In this document: positions 1 through 10,640 of the stretch, piece by piece
Position numbering within the stretch: the first letter of the stretch is position 1
Layout of the letters: the number at the start of each line of letters is the position of its first letter
Program-made: the position numbers and the translations under genes
Assembly: GCA_013115145.1 (NCBI GenBank)
Contig: JAAPAO010000209.1
Coordinates: 1 to 52,443, forward strand
Direction: 5' to 3'
Length of the DNA stretch: 52,443 nucleotides
From: Perkinsus chesapeaki ATCC PRA-425
Lineage: Eukaryota; Protista; Perkinsozoa
Notes under the pieces: model-generated
What the model saw: only the letters and a program-made list of their open reading frames with translations
Databases searched by the model: none
Told to the model about the DNA's origin: nothing

Positions 1-445
1 AGCGGTTCCCCGGGATCATAGGAGTGTGAGGCTGGAAGCCTATTGTGTAACGTGGCAAAGATGCACCTGAAAATCAGAAGCTAAAATCCATACTAAAAGT
101 GACAGTATTACTGAACGAGGAGTGCCATGGAGAGCTCTGAATGACAGGAAGTCGTGCTCCATTGTAAAGGGGCCGAGGAAGAGCTTGATGAGACGTCGGG
201 TGCGCCGCGAAGGAAACGTGGTTCTGAAAGATGAGGGGAACTCGGCTTTACCCTATAAGTTAACGTGGCACGGAGGAGTTGCTATTTGAGAACAATTGGG
301 GAATCTACCCGGCAGTACCGGTTATGCCCCATCACATAACCCCTATGAATATCTCACCCGCACGTTAGTCTGCTCGCTCTGGTCAGTCCCTATCAGGTGC
401 CCTTGCTCCTCGGCACTTCCTCGATGGGCCGATTGAGGGCCCTGA

Positions 446-1000
446 TTAGTGAGAAGAATCAATCAACAACGAGGCGGACAGGCTCAATGAGATGTTCCTA
501 TGTATACTGACCTTGGTTGTCTCTCGCTTTGTGAGAGATGCTCTAGCCGCTGATGCTTCTGTTGCGTCGAGAAGAGAACTTCGCTTCCGTCGTGCTTGGT
601 CAGCAGACTTGACCTGATCAGCACGTTCCACCGACAAAGAAGCTGTGTACGTCGAGTAAAGCCAGTACATCTGGGCACCACATTCCAGCAGCTTCCAGAC
701 AGTCCATAGTCAAGTTCACTTGGGACACAGTGAGCTCCTCGGAGCTTGCCAAACACGTTGCCAACGCCATATATCGGTGGAACATCTGTAAGTGAATGTG
801 ATCATTGGATCTACTCACGGCACCCTTGTGCGTTGAAATGATTCCCGCAAAAGATTGGATAGAAACACCACAGCCTTACTTCTCCTTTAGTAAAACCGCT
901 GAGTGTGGGAGATTGGAGGAAGTTCGAGGGTCCCGTGCTGGTACCAGCGGCCAGCTAGCGGATCGTAGTCATGAGACATGAAACGCGCTGACGGGAGCCC
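446..1000 (-). CDS. Probable fragment of an intron-containing hypothetical gene (boundaries uncertain)
   Basis: Open frame DVPPIYGVGNVFGKLRG...SERQPR bounded by an acceptor-like 'cttacag' (~790) and a donor-like 'gtcagt' (~505). No recognisable motif. Confidence 0.22.
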
Positions 1001-1115
1001 GAAGACCCAGCAGGTCCGCAGCTGCAAGGTGAGAAGCTAAGATGATGTATTGAGACATCAACTAGGCCTCACGGCTACAACTGCTGAGCTGCCAGGCCCA
1101 ACCACACTCTTGGCG

Positions 1116-1410
1116 AAAAAAAAAGAAAAGGGGGGAAGCAGGGATACCGCTGCGTGATGCAGACGGTGCGTAACCTGAGTTCCGACCCTGCCACCGCGGC
1201 ACTAGTGGCAGTGCTTCAAAAGTCGCCAGCCGTCTAGCTCAAGACGGTAGTTCAAGCGCGCTGCGCACACTTCGTCCCGGTCCCATTCCACCGCCGAAAC
1301 CGTCGGGCGACGCTCCGGTTTCGGGGGAATCTCCATAGTGCGCAGGCTGCACAGCGCAACCGCGCGTCAGCATTCACCAGGTCGCTCCCACTGCTGTTTT
1401 ACGCGCGTCG
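1116..1410 (-). ncRNA. Candidate structured Pol III ncRNA, possibly RNase P RNA-like
   Basis: Nested stems seen by eye: 1188-1194/1205-1211, 1230-1235/1242-1247, 1256-1260/1361-1365, 1261-1268/1338-1345, 1294-1301/1317-1324. On the minus strand: CR-III-like UGGAA (1286-1290), CR-V-like GUCGGAACUCAGGUUA (1171-1186) and a T-run terminator (1116-1129). The family call is tentative. Confidence 0.3.
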
Positions 1411-1540
1411 AATCCTACGGATTTAACCTGGAATTAGATTAAGTTTGCAGGTAAGAGGCAAGAGACGTTTCCGCAAGCGTACGGCATGCTGGGCGAAGCC
1501 TCGCTTCATCTGAAGTGATTGCGGCTCCTGCTAACTCCCA

Positions 1541-2030
1541 CTATTGAAGCGCAGCTACTTCTCCTTCCCTTTTAGCATTACCGCTCACTCGGAGTTTCTT
1601 CACTTCTGCACGAATCCGCTTCTCTGCCAAAACGCTTTTCCCGCTCGAGGTTCCCTGGGATTGGCTTCTCAGAGGCAGCCATCTGTGATTAGCCAAAGTG
1701 CCTACTTTTCCTAAGCTCGTTGTCTGTCTCTGCTTTATGGCATCGGCCGTCGGCAACTCCTAAAACTAAAGTGTACTGGACTCCCTAGCGCCATCGGAGT
1801 CTCACTGGCTTTAACCCGCTCGAGGCTGCGCTCTCGTCTCTCCTTACGCTGCTGCGAGCGCTCGAACGACCCGACCCGTTCCTTCTCCTCGAGATCGTCG
1901 GCTTCTATGGCTGTCCGCACCCATAGTGCCTATCATAGCAATCCGAGCCGCTACGATGTTCAGTCTTACGTGAGCCTCGCTACTCCGTTTAAGAGCCTCG
2001 CGGACCGTTCGCTGTTTAACGAGCTCCGCG
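1541..2030 (-). pseudogene. 5'-truncated spliced host gene abutting the retroelement fragment
   Basis: Frame AELVKQRTVREALKRSSEAH joins ALWVRTAIEADDLEEKER... across a 40-nt GT-AG intron (gtaagact...atgatag). There is no host 5' part; the sequence upstream is gag-protease. Confidence 0.35.
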
Positions 2031-3546
2031 GATGATCCGCGGTGCCGCGGCGGATCCGTGCCATTCTGCGGGATATATATAGAAGTCCGCGGGCACCCGA
2101 ATCAATTAGAACTTGAACACGAGCCCCGGGCCCTGACTGCCTTAGAATCGCATCAATCGAGGGATCTCCTGAGTTGATCTCATTTAATCTCCTGATTTCG
2201 TCATCAGCGTCTCGAAGAGTGGCTATCTTCCCAAACTTCCGGTTACTAGTAGCCTGAGAGTTGGAACCATTGGGAGTAGATGAAGTACACGAACCATTAC
2301 CTGCATTAGATGTCGTTGATGAGGGCGCGCATGACTGACCATTAGCAGTTGAGTCGTTCTTCTGGCCGTTCTCTTCTGGTGATATCAAACCTTTACGTAC
2401 CAGCCATTGAAAACGTGCTGGACAGTCTCGCTTGATATGACCAAACTTGTGGCAAAAGTAACATTGCCTAGAATCTCTACTCGAGGTAGCCGAAGACTGA
2501 CCATTTCCATTCGCCAATATAGATAAAAGCTGCTCAACTCCTGAACTATCAATAACCTTGACCTTATCATTAGATTTCTCCAATGGGTCGGGCCTAATAC
2601 CATAATTGCGATCTTCCCAATAGCTTAGGTCTTTAGCCAGAGTCTCTAAAGATCGATGGTGAGCGTGAGTTGGATTAACTACCTTCTTATAGTCACTGCG
2701 TAGACCGTCAATAAAACGTTTAAGAATCTCGGACTCGCTGAGGTTAATATCGATACATCTACCAGCGCTCACCATCTTCTTTACACGTTTATGATAACTT
2801 GTTATCCTTCCAGCAGAACCTTGCTTCAGACCATCAAAGCAGTCTCGCCAGCGCACTGGATCCTCAGTGGCTTGATACTTTTCAATCATAAACCTCTCAG
2901 TCATGCTCAGCTTAGTGACGATATCAACTTCCAGAGCCATAGATCTTTTCAAAAAGTCGAAAATGTCAGATAGAACTCCAGCATCTACGGCTCGGATAAG
3001 AAATGACCAACATGTTTCAGCGTCCAGACGATAGATACGCACCACTTGTGAGAATGAACGTACCCATGCCGACACAGGTCTTGAATCATCTTCTCCAGCA
3101 TATTGCACAGCATCAGGTATAGGCAACTGAGCAGTAGCGGTAATTCTCTTAGTATCAGCACCATGACTATCAAGAGCAACAGCACCACGTAGATAGTCAG
3201 AAATATATGAGCGACCTTCCGAGTGACCATCAGATACAGGTACCGCTACTTGTTGTGGTATAGCCGCCAGTGGCGTAGATGTCAAACGAATCTGGTCAAC
3301 CAATTCTCGTTGAGTTAAGCGATCAGCCAAACCTAATGACCTTTCAGCTTGTTCCAAGCCTCCACTCCGAAGATATCGTATACTGGCCCCTGGAACACCT
3401 GATGAACCTGATAGATGTTGTAGTGCACCTCGATCTCCAACTTGTTGGCCATCACCGCCAACATTACCAAGATTTACCATAGAAGGACTCGTAATACCAT
3501 TGATTGGAGTCGTCGGAACCGGAGTATTCACTGCATCGGGTACCAT
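1966..3546 (-). CDS. gag: Retrotransposon Gag with zinc knuckle plus truncated aspartic protease (526 aa ORF; last ~20 codons read into host sequence)
   Basis: CYFCHKFGHIKRDC (CX2CX4HX4C), capsid-like FIDGL region and VLIDSGA protease motif. Intronless in an intron-rich genome. Confidence 0.85.
   Translation of the reverse strand: MVPDAVNTPVPTTPINGITSPSMVNLGNVGGDGQQVGDRGALQHLSGSSGVPGASIRYLRSGGLEQAERSLGLADRLTQRELVDQIRLTSTPLAAIPQQVAVPVSDGHSEGRSYISDYLRGAVALDSHGADTKRITATAQLPIPDAVQYAGEDDSRPVSAWVRSFSQVVRIYRLDAETCWSFLIRAVDAGVLSDIFDFLKRSMALEVDIVTKLSMTERFMIEKYQATEDPVRWRDCFDGLKQGSAGRITSYHKRVKKMVSAGRCIDINLSESEILKRFIDGLRSDYKKVVNPTHAHHRSLETLAKDLSYWEDRNYGIRPDPLEKSNDKVKVIDSSGVEQLLSILANGNGQSSATSSRDSRQCYFCHKFGHIKRDCPARFQWLVRKGLISPEENGQKNDSTANGQSCAPSSTTSNAGNGSCTSSTPNGSNSQATSNRKFGKIATLRDADDEIRRLNEINSGDPSIDAILRQSGPGARVQVLIDSGARGLLYISRRMARIRRGTADHPRSSLNSERSARLLNGVARLT
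3529..3545 (-). promoter_or_regulatory. Putative primer-binding site TGGTACCCGATGCAGTG
   Basis: Begins TGG (complement of tRNA CCA) 1 nt after the LTR CA. The priming tRNA was not identified. Confidence 0.5.
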
Positions 3547-3710
3547 TGTAGTGAATTATCCGAACCCAATGAAATACAATCTTGAGAGAAGAACTTGACT
3601 TTTTACGTTCATAAAATTGCATTACAAGGCACTAGCGTCACGTTATGCACAACACAGAAAATGGGACAATTATTGTGGAATGAGGTATCATATCTGGGAC
3701 AATCTCTACA
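3547..3710 (-). repeat. 5' LTR, 164 bp
   Basis: Minus strand starts TGTAG at 3710 and ends CTACA at 3547 (perfect 5-bp terminal inverted repeat). The PBS follows one nucleotide later. No second copy seen. Confidence 0.65.
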
Positions 3711-4960
3711 CGGCCAGCATGGCGAACAGGCGCCCCTACGAGCGATGAGGATAACCTCCCGCCAACTCCGACCGATACGGCTGTCTGTACACGACAGTAC
3801 ACGCAGATCCCGGCGGGGTCACCCCGCAAGAGAAGTTGCCTGCTGATGAGCTTCTAGTCTAGAAGCTCATCAGCTAGAAGTTCTAGAGCATCCGGTGTAT
3901 GCTCCGAAGGCATTCGCAATGCAAGACGATCTCGTTGATCCTCGGCCGGTCCACGATCTTCCCCCTAAGCCGAAGCCTAACGTTTACTCTAGTCCATTCG
4001 GGCCTGCCGCCGCTATGGAGGGCCAGTAGCTGTGATATAGTAGGATGATGAGGTGTAGCTCATCGTCTATTCTCAAAGCACCATTCTATTTTGTACTCTT
4101 CGGATAGATCTCTATTATATATAGTTTACATTACCAAGTTCTGTTGTGCACCGAGTGCTGCTGCACCACTAAACCTGAAGACTTATTGGTAGGACATATA
4201 GAGCTAACTTGGTAATGTTATATAAGTGTATAAGGGTGGTCATTCCCTTATATTAACTGTGAAGCTCTACACACCGTGTTTACTCTAGAGTGGAGGATCT
4301 GGATTGGTTTCTCAAGAAGTCGGTGGAACGCGCCTCGGAGCGCGGATCCGGGTATATTGGTCCTATTTATGTGCAATTGGTTGAGCAGCTTACAGCCCTG
4401 GGCTGTGAAACATGGTATGCTTGGGGATATCATGGACGTATCGCAGAGTTATCATGGAGACCTTCAAAACTTAATGACGAGTGAAGGAGTGGGTGTTGCC
4501 GAAAGCAACTGATCTCTGATGAGGGGTTCAAGTGAACTTAATGGTGTGTTGGATTGCTCAACTCCCTTCGCCAGAGCAACGTGCTCATTACATGGCTCAT
4601 GCAGCGTACCGTTTTCTGAAGGGTAACTTTTACTAAAAGTCTTTTTGAACTTGGTACGGGATGACTTAAAGGTCCTTTGGCTCCACTAGAGTCAAATCCC
4701 ACAAGAACGAGAAATAGGAACTGTCGACCATGACAAACGCAAAGCTGTGATCTGGTCTGAAAAGCCCTCACGAAAGGCATAGAACAATTGGTGGATCGCT
4801 CTGCGTGTGACGAAGCCCTGGGCGGAACCTACGTAGCACGGGATCAGGCACAAGATGAATCGAACATAGAGCGTATGAATATTGAGAGATTATCTCCACT
4901 TCAGAAGCTCTTCTTGATTCCAAGGTGGTATTTGCGCCTATTTGTTCAATGACCATGATT
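3711..4960 (+). pseudogene. Outer-arm hypothetical gene, left copy: 5'-truncated by the LTR and frameshifted
   Basis: Homologous to the right copy but starts at the LTR edge. Carries 14-nt (~3808-3821) and 29-nt (~3858-3886) insertions. Confidence 0.5.
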
Positions 4961-5059
4961 GTAAGGTGAAATCATCTTGGTAGGATTGACACGACCGACA
5001 AAGAAAGTTGTACTCGATCTGCACCAACTGAAGGAAAGGTGAGATGTTGAGATAATGAT

Positions 5060-6134
5060 TTACTCCTGCATCAGCGACGATATCATAGCCCACAGCAAGC
5101 TTTTGTTGGATGAGGGTAAATCCCCGCGGATATCGGCAAGACCCATGCCAAGAAGATTCCTCTCGTTTACGAGGCTAGTTTTTCTTCGAATGGTTTTTGG
5201 GGTGTTGAAATAATATCCTTCGAAGAAGCCACTTCCCTCAGGATCTCCACCAGATTTCACGATATCTCTGTAGGACCGAACCGTCGTAGAACCTTTTTTC
5301 CTGTTGAAGCAGCTGACCTGAAAGATTGGTGATGCTCACCGAATGAGGGTTTTCCGTACCACTAAAGACAACTGGCATATACGCTGCGATTCCCCAGCGT
5401 AAGCGTCAGAAATGAGGTTAACCCATGGAAAGCCTATCTCGACCTCAGGGTCCACATCAAAGGAGAAGAGTTTGGCATAAGCGTAGTCAGCGTACAGCCA
5501 AGGCTTATACGTTTCAAAATCATCCCATATCGTCAAGTTGTTATCGACTGTGAACCTGAAAAGACAGTGAACGCGAGCAACGGAGCTTTCCACTCTTTTG
5601 TTACATGAACGGCGCGATCACAGCATCCGGTCCAGAACCCCTCAGTGATCTGGTGGCGATAAGCATATCTCTAAGCGTTTCCCACTCCTTCCCACGCAGG
5701 TCGCGCCCCTCTTCCGAAACCACAAAAAGAAACCCATGTACTTTATAGGCATCAATGATATCTTGGGCATAGAGTACAAATTTCGCAACATCTGATGTGC
5801 TGTCCACGAAGTCAAAGATACTGAGTGCCAGAAGAACCGTAGATACGCCTTCAAAACGCCGAACAACATTCCGAATATACGAAGCGTTGAAGGAGGGGTT
5901 AATGCGGATAGAGCCATCACGTAACACACTACCGCCGAGGTATACAAATTCTGTCACTGGGAGACGCTGGGAAATTCTGCTGAGGGAATTAACGTCAGAG
6001 CCAGAGTCGAGGACATCCGCAGCAGTGAGGAGCAGAGCAGCTTCCCGACGATAAGCAGCGCGTTTCGGGCAGTAGCGAAAAGCGATGATGCTACCAATAA
6101 GGAGGGCCAGCGATGCTCTGTAGAAGTGGGACAT
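5060..6134 (-). CDS. Secreted chitinase-like (GH18-fold) protein, probably non-catalytic; 3 exons
   Basis: Hydrophobic N-terminus. Two clean introns (49 and 41 nt) restore the frame. C-terminus GYYFNTPKTIRRKTSLVNERNLLGMGL...SLL resembles the GH18 barrel end. DxDxE is replaced by HGFLFVVSEE. Confidence 0.55.
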
Positions 6135-6924
6135 GGAAGTAAACCTACTGAAGAATATGAACTAGACATCACCCTGGCTCGACAAAGAACTGACGGCTTG
6201 CAGGCCTCCTGTCCAAAATCCTGACCAAAAATCTGTGAATCTGGTGGATCCACCCCGATCGAATGAGTTGGCACTATAGCCTGAAGCACGTATCAGCTGT
6301 GTGGCGGGTAGCTACGCCCGTTCGCGTGCCCCGCGTGTCAGCTGGCGAGATGTTGCACAGGGTTCCTGAGCTTCTGGGCATATCTCCCAGCAGCGGGCCT
6401 CTCTATGCGCAGTCACCCGGGTTTCGACAACCCGAACTTAGCTGTAGCCGGATACGTGAACTCAAATCGATAATTCTGATAATTAGGGATTGACCAAAGG
6501 GGCGTTAGCCTCGAGCACTAGAGAACGTAACAATCAGACTAAGTGTAAAAAATGCTACTCCATGCGAAGGGTGAACCAATCCCCCATTGTGACCAATACA
6601 GCTTGGGATCCCAATCATTCCTCTTGCCAGCCCTGGCACGCATGGGATCGGAAAGAGCAGCGCGACATACGAGATAATCTGGGGCCTACGTGCTCCCTGA
6701 AACCATGTTAAGAGATAGATATCATGGTAAAGAGGCTCGTCGAAATGAATAGGATGAACGACCATGGCTCATTATCAATATGAGGAATAGTAACACATCA
6801 GCCACAGTGGCCCTGGCGACCCAGCGGCGTCGAAAGAAACGCGTATGGCCAATGGCTAAACTATGAGGGAGGGAGCCAATGAAAGAGCGTAAATAGGCGG
6901 GGTGTGGAAAGCCGGGTGAGGGCC

Positions 6925-9427
6925 TGACTGCGCATAGAGAGGCCCGCTGCTGGGAGATATGCCCAGAAGCTCAGGAACCCTGTGCAACATCTCGCCAGCT
7001 GACACGCGGGGCACGCGAACGGGCGTAGCTACCCGCCACACAGCTGATACGTGCTTCAGGCTATAGTGCCAACTCATTCGATCGGGGTGGATCCACCAGA
7101 TTCAGAGATTTTTGGTCAGGATTTTGGACAGGAGGCCTGCAAGCCGTCAGTTCTTTGTCGAGCCAGGGTGATGTCTAGTTCATATTCTTCAGTAGGTTTA
7201 CTTACATGTACTTCTTCTACAGAGCATCGCTGGCCCTCCTTATCGGTAGCATCATCGCTCTTTGCTACTGTCCGAAACGCGCCCCTTATCGTCGAGAAGC
7301 TGCTCTGCTCCTCACTGCTGTGGATGTCTTCGACTCTGACTATGACTCTAATTCCCTCAGCAACATCCAGTGACAGAGTATGTATACCTCGGCGGTAGTG
7401 TTTTACGTGATGGCTCTATCCGCATTAACCCCTCCTTCAACGCTTCGTATATTCGGAATGTTGTTCGGCAGGTGGAAGGCAAATCTACGGTTCTTCTGGC
7501 ACTCAGTATCTTTGACTTCGTGGACAGCACATCAGATGTTGCGAAATTTGTACTCTATGCCCAAGATATCATTGATGCCTATAAAGTACATGGGTTTCTT
7601 TTTGTGGTTTCGGAAGAGGGGCGCGACCTGCGTGGGAAGGAGTGGGAAACTCTTAGAGACATGCTTATCGCCACCAGATCACTGAGGGGTTCTGGACCGG
7701 ATGCTGTGATCGCGCCGTTCATGTAACAAAAGACTGGAAAGCTCCGTTGCTTGCGTTCACTGTCTTTTCAGGTTCACAGTCGATGACATCTCGACCTCCA
7801 CGCTATGGGATGATTTTGAAACGTATAAGCCTTGGCTGTACGCTGACTATGCGTATGCCAAACTCTTCTCCTTTGATGTGGACCCTGAGATCGAGATAGG
7901 CTTTCCATGGGAAAACCTCATTTCTAACACTTACGCTGGGTTTTCGCAGCGTGTATGCCAGTTGTCTTTAGTGGTACGTAAAACCTTCATTCGGTGCGCA
8001 TCACCAATCTTTCAGGTCAGCTGCTTCAACAGGAAACAAGGTTCAACGACGGTTCGGTCCTACAAAGATATCGTGAAATCTGGTGGGGACCCTCAGGAGA
8101 CTGGCTTCTCGCATGACTACTTCGAAGGATATTATTTCAACACCCCAAAAGCTATTCAAAGAAGAGCTAGTTTTATTAAGGAGAGGAATCTTCTTGGCAT
8201 GGGTCTTGCCGATATCCGCGGGGATGTACCCTCCCCTACCAACACAAGCTTGCTGTGGGCTATGATATCGTCGCTGATGCAGGAGTAAAAGAATTATCTC
8301 AGCATCTCACCTTTCCTTCAGTTGGTGCAGATCGAGTACAACTTTCTTTGTCGGTCGTGTCAATACCTTACAATCATGGTCTTTGAACAAATAGACGCGA
8401 ATACCACTTTGGAATCAAGAAGAGCTTCTGAAGTGGAGATGATCTTTCAATATTCATAGGCTCTATGTTCGATTTCTCTTGTGCTTGGTTCCGTGCTACG
8501 TAGGTTTTGCCCGTTTTTGTATGTAGGGCTTCGTCGCACGCAGAGCGGCCAACCAATTGTTCTATGCCTTTCGTGAGGGCTTTTCAGACCAGATCACAGT
8601 TTTGCGTTTGTCATGCTCGACAGTTCCTATTTGTCGTTCTTGTGGGATTTGACGCTAGTGGAGCCAAAGGACGTTTAAGTCATCCCGTACCAAGTTCAAA
8701 AAGACTCTTAGTAGAAGGTACCCTTCAGAAAACTCGGCGATACGTTCGTGATATCCCCAAGCATACCATGTTTCACAGCCCAGGGCTGTAAGCTGCTCAA
8801 CCAATTGCACATAAATAGGACCAATATACCCGGATCCGCGCTCCGAGACGCGTTCCACCGACTTCTTGAGAAACCAATCCAGATCCTCCACTCTAGAGTA
8901 AACACGGTGTGTAGAGCTTCACAGTTAATATAAGGGAATGACCACCCTTATACACTTATATAACATTACCAAGTTAGCTCTATATGTCCTACCAATAAGT
9001 CTTCAGGTTTAGTGGTGCAGTAGCACTCGGTGCACAACAGAACTTGGTAATGTAAACTATATATAATAGAGATCTATCCGAAGAGTACAAAATAGAATGG
9101 TGCTTTGAGAATAGACGATGAGCTACACCTCATCATCCTACTATATCACAGCTACTGGCCCTCCATAGCGGCGGCAGGCCCGAATGGACTAGAGTAAACG
9201 TTAGGCTTCGGCTTAGGGGGAAGATCGTGGACCGGCCGAGGATCAACGAGATCGTCTTGCATTGCGAATGCCTTCGGAGCATACACCGGATGCTCTAGGA
9301 GCTCATCAGCAGGCAACTTCTTTTGCGGGGTCTGCGTGTACTGTCGTGTACAGACAGCCGTATCGGTCGGAGGTGGCGGGAGGTTCTCCTCATCGCTCGT
9401 AGGAGCGCCTGCCCGCCATGCAGGCCG
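6925..9427. repeat. Right arm of the large imperfect inverted repeat
   Basis: As for the left arm. The spacer 6416-6924 is unique sequence. Confidence 0.95.
7206..8288 (+). pseudogene. Frameshifted copy of the chitinase-like gene
   Basis: ATG at 7206. A 13-nt deletion relative to the left copy gives an in-frame TGA at 7371-7373. Downstream exons and introns are conserved. Confidence 0.7.
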
Positions 9428-9620
9428 CTCACCAGGCAGCTCACCTGCGCAAAACCATCTAGTCGTTAGGGAATAGTACTATGCACACTACCTAAGGCGC
9501 AGGTTTGTATGGCGCGATTTGCCTGGCGATCTTCTTCCGTCTCGCCTCCACGTAGTTCCCAGGTTTTGCTGCTATCGTCAAAATAATACCGATTCTCCAC
9601 ACCAACCTGAGCACAGAATC
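8374..9620 (-). pseudogene. Outer-arm hypothetical gene, right copy, with a 163-bp internal deletion (5' end lies outside the arm)
   Basis: Spliced frame VENRYYFDDSSKTWELRGG...ALG|ELPGERPAW...LPPPPTDTA. The segment equivalent to 4451-4613 is missing at ~8730. Confidence 0.4.
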
Positions 9621-9968
9621 ATACAGCCCCGAGGATACACATGCGTCCCAAGTGAATCGATTTAATAGTAAATATGAACATAGCACTGAAATAGAACAGA
9701 AAGCTCCATAGGAGATTCACGCCAGAGGAAGATGTGTCACTTATTTCAAGGGTTGGAGCTGCTCAGCGAGCCGCTCAACCTCACAGATCTATTGTGAATA
9801 AGGAGCTGATATGACAGCGAAAGCTACTATAAAGTTAGTCGTATTACTAACCATATATATATAGATAAGATAGAGTAGGGATGAACCCACTTATCAGAGC
9901 AAATACGAAACCCATACAATCGACCTAATAACCTCCTCCGACTCATGAGATACTATTATATAACGTAA

Positions 9969-10640
9969 TCAAGTATTGCTTTCCATAATGACGACGAACG
10001 TGGAATATGCATGTGGTCGTCTAAGGACTTTGGCGAGCCGGCATCGATTTTTGTATGTCCTGGCATTTATTAATGCCTTTTCTACGCTGAGTCGAAATTT
10101 GGATGGATTCCTACCGAGAAAGACTATCAGATATTTCGAAATTGCAAGCAACATTGTTAACCCCAATACTTCTCCCTTTTGTATGACCTCTCGACTTTCA
10201 ACGCACATTCCTCCCAGCCATCCGGTGAATGTATTCCAGAAGCCATGGACGTGCATGCAGGACTTCCCTTCATCCGCCTCGTTTCGAGGGGAGGACGTCA
10301 TTATAGAGGTGAATGTAAAGCTGAGATTATGGTTCAGAATCCCTACGGCGTAGGCCCCACGCTTCCAGTAATATGGATCAAAAAGAGCTGGTAAAGATAT
10401 GCACGGTCCACCAAGCTGCTTAGCTCTGACCGAAAGTGTTAGTAACTGCCAGTGAGGGGGGCATTCCACAGAAGTTTCAAAGCGTTAGAGAGGATGACGG
10501 GCACAAGACCGGATTTAGTTCATTGAAAATAAGGCACCTAATACAGGTCGAATATCATGGCCTTTGTGGCCATTCCCCAACAGAGGACCGATTCCAAGCC
10601 TCCAAAGTGGACAACTATTCTCTCTTGGATAATCATTAGT
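9969..10640 (-). CDS. Hypothetical intron-containing gene (structure uncertain)
   Basis: 166-codon open frame with internal GT-AG intron-sized segments. No recognised motif. Confidence 0.3.

Larger units (their letters stand above)
2030..3710 (-). mobile_element. 5' half of an LTR retrotransposon (Ty3/gypsy-like order gag then protease); RT, RNase H, integrase and 3' LTR absent from the window
   Basis: LTR with TGTAG...CTACA termini, a TGG-starting PBS, and an intronless ORF with a CCHC knuckle followed by an aspartyl-protease motif. Confidence 0.8.
3711..6415. repeat. Left arm of a large imperfect inverted repeat
   Basis: Reverse complement aligns by eye to 6925-9427. Mirror-image ORFs appear in the track (e.g. 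5601-6134 vs 7370-7726; 4290-4484 vs 8655-8891). Confidence 0.95.

Noticed and set aside
1121-1136. Polypurine tract AAAAGAAAAGGGGGGA of a plus-strand LTR element
   Set aside because: Wrong strand for the gag element, not followed by TG, and no pol upstream. Treated as a minus-strand T-run.
1316-1326. Telomerase template CCCGAAACC (minus strand) matching TTTCGGG
   Set aside because: It lies in a perfect 8-bp stem, whereas templates are single-stranded. Not excluded without a covariance search.
3842-3874. Hammerhead ribozyme (CTGATGAG plus stem)
   Set aside because: No GAAA after stem II and no stems I/III. Better explained as an inverted duplication.
9540-9600. Sec16 assignment from ENRYYFDDSSKTW plus PPPPT
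   Set aside because: Short motif resemblance only; no room or evidence for the conserved Sec16 core.
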